Shown: piece after piece, positions 59,356 to 64,000 of the stretch | How the letters are laid out: each line of letters opens with the position of its first letter | How positions within the stretch are numbered: position 1 is the stretch's first letter | NCBI GenBank assembly: GCA_965242695.1 | Contig: CBDESU010000001.1 | Location: 1,088,001-1,152,000 of the forward strand | DNA from: Cenarchaeum sp. | GTDB lineage: Archaea > Thermoproteota > Nitrososphaeria > Nitrososphaerales > Nitrosopumilaceae | DNA length: 64,000 nucleotides | Reading direction: 5' to 3' | Translations under genes and position numbers: made by a program | The notes under the pieces: generated by a model | What the model saw: the letters and a program-made list of their open reading frames with translations, nothing else | What the model was told of the DNA's origin: nothing | Database searches by the model: none

Positions 59356-62300
59356 CTAGCGGCGCGTGACGGGCCGGCCGGTCGGGGCGCTTTGGCCCGC
59401 CGCATGTGGAACGGCTCTGGCGCCGGCCCGTCCGCGCCGCTCCCCGCACAAGCGCCGAACCAAGAGCGCCGCCGGCGCCGCGGCGGCCAGGACAAGCGCC
59501 GCTGCGGCGAGCGCGGCCGCATCAGTCCAGCCGGCATCCCGCCCGTCCACCGCCTGCGCGGCCGCCTGCAGCGCCGCAAGCGGCGGGGCGAGCAAAATGC
59601 GCGCCATGTCGCGGAACGCCGCGTTCTCGCGCGCCATGTCCGCCGCGGCGGGCGAGACCGCATAGTACGCCGAGCTGAGGGCGGCCATGATCTGGGCGCC
59701 GGCGGGCGACCCGAGCATATCCCCGTCGCGCAGCTCGCGCAGCGCCTGCACCTGCGGGGCAAGCTCGGTCCCGTACGCGGCCGTCGCGATCAGGCAGCCT
59801 CCTCCTCTTCTGGAGCCGGCGGCCTCGCCTGCGCTCCCCGCCGCGGGCTCGTCCGCGGGCGGCCGCGCCTCGTCCGCGCCGCCGCCCAGATCCACCGCAG
59901 GCAGCGGCAGCGGCAGCCCAACCCGGCCGGCAGGCGCCGGCGCGGCCGGCTCTTCGTCCGGCTCGGTCGCCGGCGGCGCGGGCGCGGGCGGCGCCGCGGC
60001 GCCCGTATCGCCGCCCGAATCGCCGTCCCGCCGCGGCTCCGGCTCCGCTTCTGCGCCGGCCCCCAGTATGCGCGACCCGCTGCACGAGTCCACCAGCATG
60101 TCGTACCTGTCGGCGACCACGTAGCATTCGGGCCCCGACGACAGGTTGGCCTCGCACTCGGCGGCAGGCGGCGGGTGCGGATACCCCAGGGCCGCATCGC
60201 CGGACGTCATGCGCACCTCGATGCGCAGGTCGCGGCCGGCGGCCACGTCGACGCCGGCGAGCCATTCCGTGTCGCGGCCCGTCCCCGACTCGCCGGCAGG
60301 GGCGGCCGGCAATGCGGCGCCGCTCCCCCCCTGCAGCACGACCACGTACGCGCCGTGCGAGGCGCCTCCGGCGCCTCCGCCTCCGCCTCCGCCGCCTCCG
60401 CCGTCGACCAGGACGCGCAGATCGTCGTTTCCGCCGCAAAAGTCCCATGCCACCTCGGCCACGGACGGCAGGCGCGGCGGCCCGCCTGCCTGGCCGCCTC
60501 CGCCTGCCGGCATTGCGATGCCTCGTCCGCCGCCTCCGCCTCCGCCGCCTCCGCCGCCTCCGCCTCCGCCTCCGGACGGGGGCGGCGCCGCCGGGGTCGG
60601 GAACGGCAGGGAGGACGGCGGCGTGGGAGGAGGCACGACGACCGGCGGAGGGGGCGGGGGCTCTGGCGGCGGCACGACGACGGGCGGGGGCGGCTGCTGG
60701 CGGCTCCCGTGCACATGCCCGGCCATATCCGAGACGGCCGGCGCATCGCCGGCGGACGCCCCGTACATTCCGGGCGCGCCCGTCCCTGCTATCCGTATCC
60801 CCAGGTCGCCGAGCGCGTATCCCGACCCATCCTCGGGCAGATCGCGGACTGCCGGCGCGCCGAGCCAGTTGACGATCGCGCCGTCTGCCAGCCCGGCCCC
60901 GCCCCCGCCGCCGAGGATGCCCGCCTGGTCGCCGGCGCGTACGACGTACTCGAATGCGAGCGCCGTCGTGCCGTTGCCGTACGCGTACGCCGCGTCCCCG
61001 CCGCCCGCCCCCATTCCCAGGCTGGGCGGGCCCGCCGCATCGACGTACACCCTGCCGTCGAACACGACTACAATGGAGACGGCCTCGCCGGCGCGGTACT
61101 CGCCTCCGGCATCGGGCGATGCGATGCGCTGCACGGACGGCCGCGGCTGCGAGACCTCGACGAGCCCCACGTAATTGCCGTCCGGCACGGCCAGGGCCGC
61201 GTACGTCCTTCCCCCCGGCAGTGCGACCGCGGCCGCATCCGCGGGCCTGCCGATCGGCCACGTCCCCGTCCCCGCAGAGTCCGCAAGCGCGGCCGAGACC
61301 GCCCCGGCGCTCTCCAGCGTCCCGTTCTCGTGCACGCGCACAAGCTGCGCCCCGCCCGTCCCGCCCTCGACCCCCCGCGCCGAGACGAATGCGTACGAGT
61401 CGCCGTCGAGCACGAGCGTCGCGATGCCGCTCGCCCCGCGCAGCCCGGAAAGGCCCGGGTCGCCGTATCCGGCCGAGCCTCCCGCTACGAGCGACCCGTC
61501 CGCGCCGACCCGCACCAGCTGCACGCCGCCGTCCGCCTGCGAGGCGGCCAGCACGTGCTTTGAGCCGTTGCGCAGCGCGACGGCCTCTAGGTCGCCGGCG
61601 CCGGCGAGCCTGAACGTTTCCGGTCCCGCCGAGCCCGCGTGCGATGCGGCGCCGTCCCCGTGCACGCGTATGGAGTCTACGCCCCCGCCGCTCCGCCCGC
61701 CGGCGACCGCGTACGTCCCGTCCCGGCCGAACGCAAGGGCGGCCGCGGCGGCGGCGCCGTCAAGGTATGCGTACGCGCCGCCTGGCCCCGCCGAGCCGGC
61801 CGCCGACAGCGTCCCGTCCCCGTGCACGCGTACAATCTGCACCGCATCCGCGGACGGGAGCGGCACCGCCGCGTACGTCCCGCCGCCGTACGTCGAGAAC
61901 GCGCTCGGGCGGCCCGGGTCGGCGGGGCCCGGCCCCCCGTACAGGGCCGCTCCGCGCAGCGAGCCTGCCGCATCCAGTTCGCCGTTCTCGCGCACGCGGA
62001 GCAGCTGCACCGATCCATCTTCTTCCCCGCCCGGGCCGCTACTCGAGGCGACCGCAAGGTATGCAGACCCGTCGGCCGCCATAAAGGCGTCGATGTGCCT
62101 GGCGTCCCCGAGCGCCTCGAGTCCCGGGCCGCCGCCGCGTACGGAGGCGGCCGCCTCGAGGGTGCCGTTTTCGTGCACGCGGAGCAGGTGGACCGAGCCT
62201 GCCCGCTCCCCGGGCGGGGCTCCGATTGCGGCCGCAATGTACGCATCCCCGCCGGGCAGCGCGAGCGCATCAATTCCGGCGACCTGCCCGGCCGAGGGGA

Positions 62301-64000
62301 TGCGCATGGAATGCACCGGATGCATCCCGGGCCGCAGCGTCGACGGCGGGGGGTCGAGGGACGCGTCGATCATTATATTTTCGGACGCGCCGAGCGATCC
62401 CGCCTCTCCGGGGGGCGGCAGATCCAGGCCGGCTGCGGGCCCTCGGCCGACCGCCCTGATCTCCCAGCCGTTGGGCAGGAGGGCGCCGATGCGGGCATAG
62501 TCCAGGCGGGCGGCCGCGTCGCCCTCGCGCACCTCATACTCGAAGACGAGCGTCGAGGTGCCGTTGCCGTACGCGTACGGCGCGACGGCGCGGGATGCGC
62601 CGCCGGCGGCCAGCTCTAGCGCCGGCGGCGGGGGCTGGGGCGGGCCGCCGAGGTGGGACGAGGATGGGCCGCCGAGTGCGGCTGTCGGGGCCGAGGCGGC
62701 CGGGAGGGCGGCCGGGAGGGCCGCGGAGTCCAAGAGTGCAGAGGCGGCCCTTGCGGCCGGGTCGCCGGGCCCCTCGTATATGGCGACCGGGCGGTCAAAG
62801 CCGACCGCGATCGGTACGATCGCGCCGGGCCAGGTGATCGCATGCGGGCCGTACATGTCGTTGTACGGCGAGGATACGGACATGACCGACGGCGGGGCGG
62901 CCTCGAATGCGGTCCATTCCGCCCCGGCCGAGTCGGATGCGGCCGGGGCGTCGCGCAGCGCCATCCTCACCGAGCCCGACAGTACGATCGAGTCGTGCGC
63001 GGCCGGGGCGTCCGCGCCGGATGCCGCGTACATGCCGGACAGCTCGGCAGAGTCCGATACGGAGGGGGCGTCGGACGGCATGATGTCGAACATTCCAGAG
63101 GCGGCGGCAGAGTCGGAGACGGCCGGGGCGTCGCCGTGCCGCACGTCGAACATGCGGGCGGCTATGCCCGTGTCCGAGACGGCGGGGGAGTCCGTACCGG
63201 ATACCACGTACATGCCGGACAGCTCGGCAGAGTCGGATACGGAGGGGGCGTCGGACGGGGAGATCACGTACATGCCGGACAGCTCGGCAGAGTCGGAGAC
63301 GGCCGGGGCGTCGGACGGCATGGCGTCGAACATTCCAGAGGTGGTGGCCGAGTCGGACACGGCGGGGGTGTCGGCCGTCATGATGCCGAACGTGGCCGTG
63401 GCCGTGGCAGAGTCCGATATGGCAGGGGTGTCGCCGGCTCGGGCCCCGTACATTCCCGACAGCTCGACAGAGTCGGATACGGAGGGGGCGTCGATTGGGG
63501 ATACCACGTACATGCCGGACAGCTCGACAGAGTCCGATATGGCAGGGGTGTCGGTTGGCATGATGCCGAACATGCCGGAGGTGGTGGCCGAGTCCGAGAC
63601 CGAGGGGGTGTCGGACGGGGCTATTCCGAACATGGCCGTGGCGTCGGCCGAGTCCGAGACCGAGGGGGTGTCGGACGGCATGATGCCGAACATGCCGGAG
63701 GTGGTGACAGAGTCCGAGACCGAGGGGGTGTCGGACGGGGCTATTCCGAACATGGCCGTGGCGTCGGCCGAGTCCGAGACCGAGGGGGTGTCGGACGGCA
63801 TGATGCCGAACATGCCGGAGGTGGTGACAGAGTCCGAGACCGAGGGGGTGTCGGACGGCATGATGCCGAACATGCCGGAGGTAGTGGCCGAGTCGGAGAC
63901 GGTGGGGGTGTCGGAGGCCGTCGCCCCGTACATCCCAGACAGCTCGACAGAGTCCGAGACGGCGGGGGTGTCAAGCGGCGAGACCCGCAGCGAGCCCGAC
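59356..64000 (-). CDS. Large repetitive surface protein with CFI-box-CTERM anchor (5' end outside window)
   Basis: Frame open to the window edge; 20-aa SDTPSVSDS repeats, two Ig-like AYAYGNGT..L.FEY domains flanking beta-propeller-like repeats, Pro/Gly linkers, GGGCLIATAAYGTELAPQVQALRELRD. Confidence 0.88.
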   Translation of the reverse strand, partial: SGSLRVSPLDTPAVSDSVELSGMYGATASDTPTVSDSATTSGMFGIMPSDTPSVSDSVTTSGMFGIMPSDTPSVSDSADATAMFGIAPSDTPSVSDSVTTSGMFGIMPSDTPSVSDSADATAMFGIAPSDTPSVSDSATTSGMFGIMPTDTPAISDSVELSGMYVVSPIDAPSVSDSVELSGMYGARAGDTPAISDSATATATFGIMTADTPAVSDSATTSGMFDAMPSDAPAVSDSAELSGMYVISPSDAPSVSDSAELSGMYVVSGTDSPAVSDTGIAARMFDVRHGDAPAVSDSAAASGMFDIMPSDAPSVSDSAELSGMYAASGADAPAAHDSIVLSGSVRMALRDAPAASDSAGAEWTAFEAAPPSVMSVSSPYNDMYGPHAITWPGAIVPIAVGFDRPVAIYEGPGDPAARAASALLDSAALPAALPAASAPTAALGGPSSSHLGGPPQPPPPALELAAGGASRAVAPYAYGNGTSTLVFEYEVREGDAAARLDYARIGALLPNGWEIRAVGRGPAAGLDLPPPGEAGSLGASENIMIDASLDPPPSTLRPGMHPVHSMRIPSAGQVAGIDALALPGGDAYIAAAIGAPPGERAGSVHLLRVHENGTLEAAASVRGGGPGLEALGDARHIDAFMAADGSAYLAVASSSGPGGEEDGSVQLLRVRENGELDAAGSLRGAALYGGPGPADPGRPSAFSTYGGGTYAAVPLPSADAVQIVRVHGDGTLSAAGSAGPGGAYAYLDGAAAAAALAFGRDGTYAVAGGRSGGGVDSIRVHGDGAASHAGSAGPETFRLAGAGDLEAVALRNGSKHVLAASQADGGVQLVRVGADGSLVAGGSAGYGDPGLSGLRGASGIATLVLDGDSYAFVSARGVEGGTGGAQLVRVHENGTLESAGAVSAALADSAGTGTWPIGRPADAAAVALPGGRTYAALAVPDGNYVGLVEVSQPRPSVQRIASPDAGGEYRAGEAVSIVVVFDGRVYVDAAGPPSLGMGAGGGDAAYAYGNGTTALAFEYVVRAGDQAGILGGGGGAGLADGAIVNWLGAPAVRDLPEDGSGYALGDLGIRIAGTGAPGMYGASAGDAPAVSDMAGHVHGSRQQPPPPVVVPPPEPPPPPPVVVPPPTPPSSLPFPTPAAPPPSGGGGGGGGGGGGGGGGRGIAMPAGGGGQAGGPPRLPSVAEVAWDFCGGNDDLRVLVDGGGGGGGGGGAGGASHGAYVVVLQGGSGAALPAAPAGESGTGRDTEWLAGVDVAAGRDLRIEVRMTSGDAALGYPHPPPAAECEANLSSGPECYVVADRYDMLVDSCSGSRILGAGAEAEPEPRRDGDSGGDTGAAAPPAPAPPATEPDEEPAAPAPAGRVGLPLPLPAVDLGGGADEARPPADEPAAGSAGEAAGSRRGGGCLIATAAYGTELAPQVQALRELRDGDMLGSPAGAQIMAALSSAYYAVSPAAADMARENAAFRDMARILLAPPLAALQAAAQAVDGRDAGWTDAAALAAAALVLAAAAPAALLVRRLCGERRGRAGARAVPHAAGQSAPTGRPVTRR
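62930..64000 (-). repeat. 60-bp (20-aa) tandem coding repeats, with an exact 120-bp duplication around 63590-63830
   Basis: Lines repeat visibly with 60/120-nt period. Confidence 0.9.

Noticed and set aside
1-64000. tRNA or rRNA genes
   Set aside because: No recognisable cloverleaf or rRNA signature found by eye.

Overview
Very GC-rich archaeal DNA. The CFI-box-CTERM surface protein, TATA boxes about 25-30 nt before leaderless starts and the many TPR genes point to a Nitrososphaerota (Thaumarchaeota) member such as a Cenarchaeum-like symbiont; this taxonomy is an inference. Positions 1-8404 hold a large CRISPR array: 117 hand-counted 36-bp repeats, running off the left edge and probably transcribed on the minus strand. 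A leader, cas2 and a cas4-cas1 fusion follow (type I-G/I-U-like adaptation module), with no interference genes in the window. The remaining ~53 kb is an accessory or defence-like island of tandemly amplified, diversified modules: (i) nine TPR genes, each behind the same 20-bp promoter motif; (ii) a small-protein + HEXXH metallopeptidase pair; (iii) TA-like genes (DUF1778-like/GNAT remnant, RelE plus antitoxin, a possible ADP-ribosyltransferase); (iv) a decayed IS3-family element; (v) a five-unit array pairing a proteasome-beta-like Ntn hydrolase (Thr1/Asp17/Lys32/Gly47) with a variable HEAT-like solenoid protein; (vi) a duplicated unknown-protein + PD-(D/E)xK nuclease operon; (vii) repeat-rich membrane and surface proteins. 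The best candidates for undescribed systems are the Ntn-protease/HEAT array and the promoter-tagged TPR set beside the effector-less CRISPR locus. All family calls come from motif inspection, not database searches.
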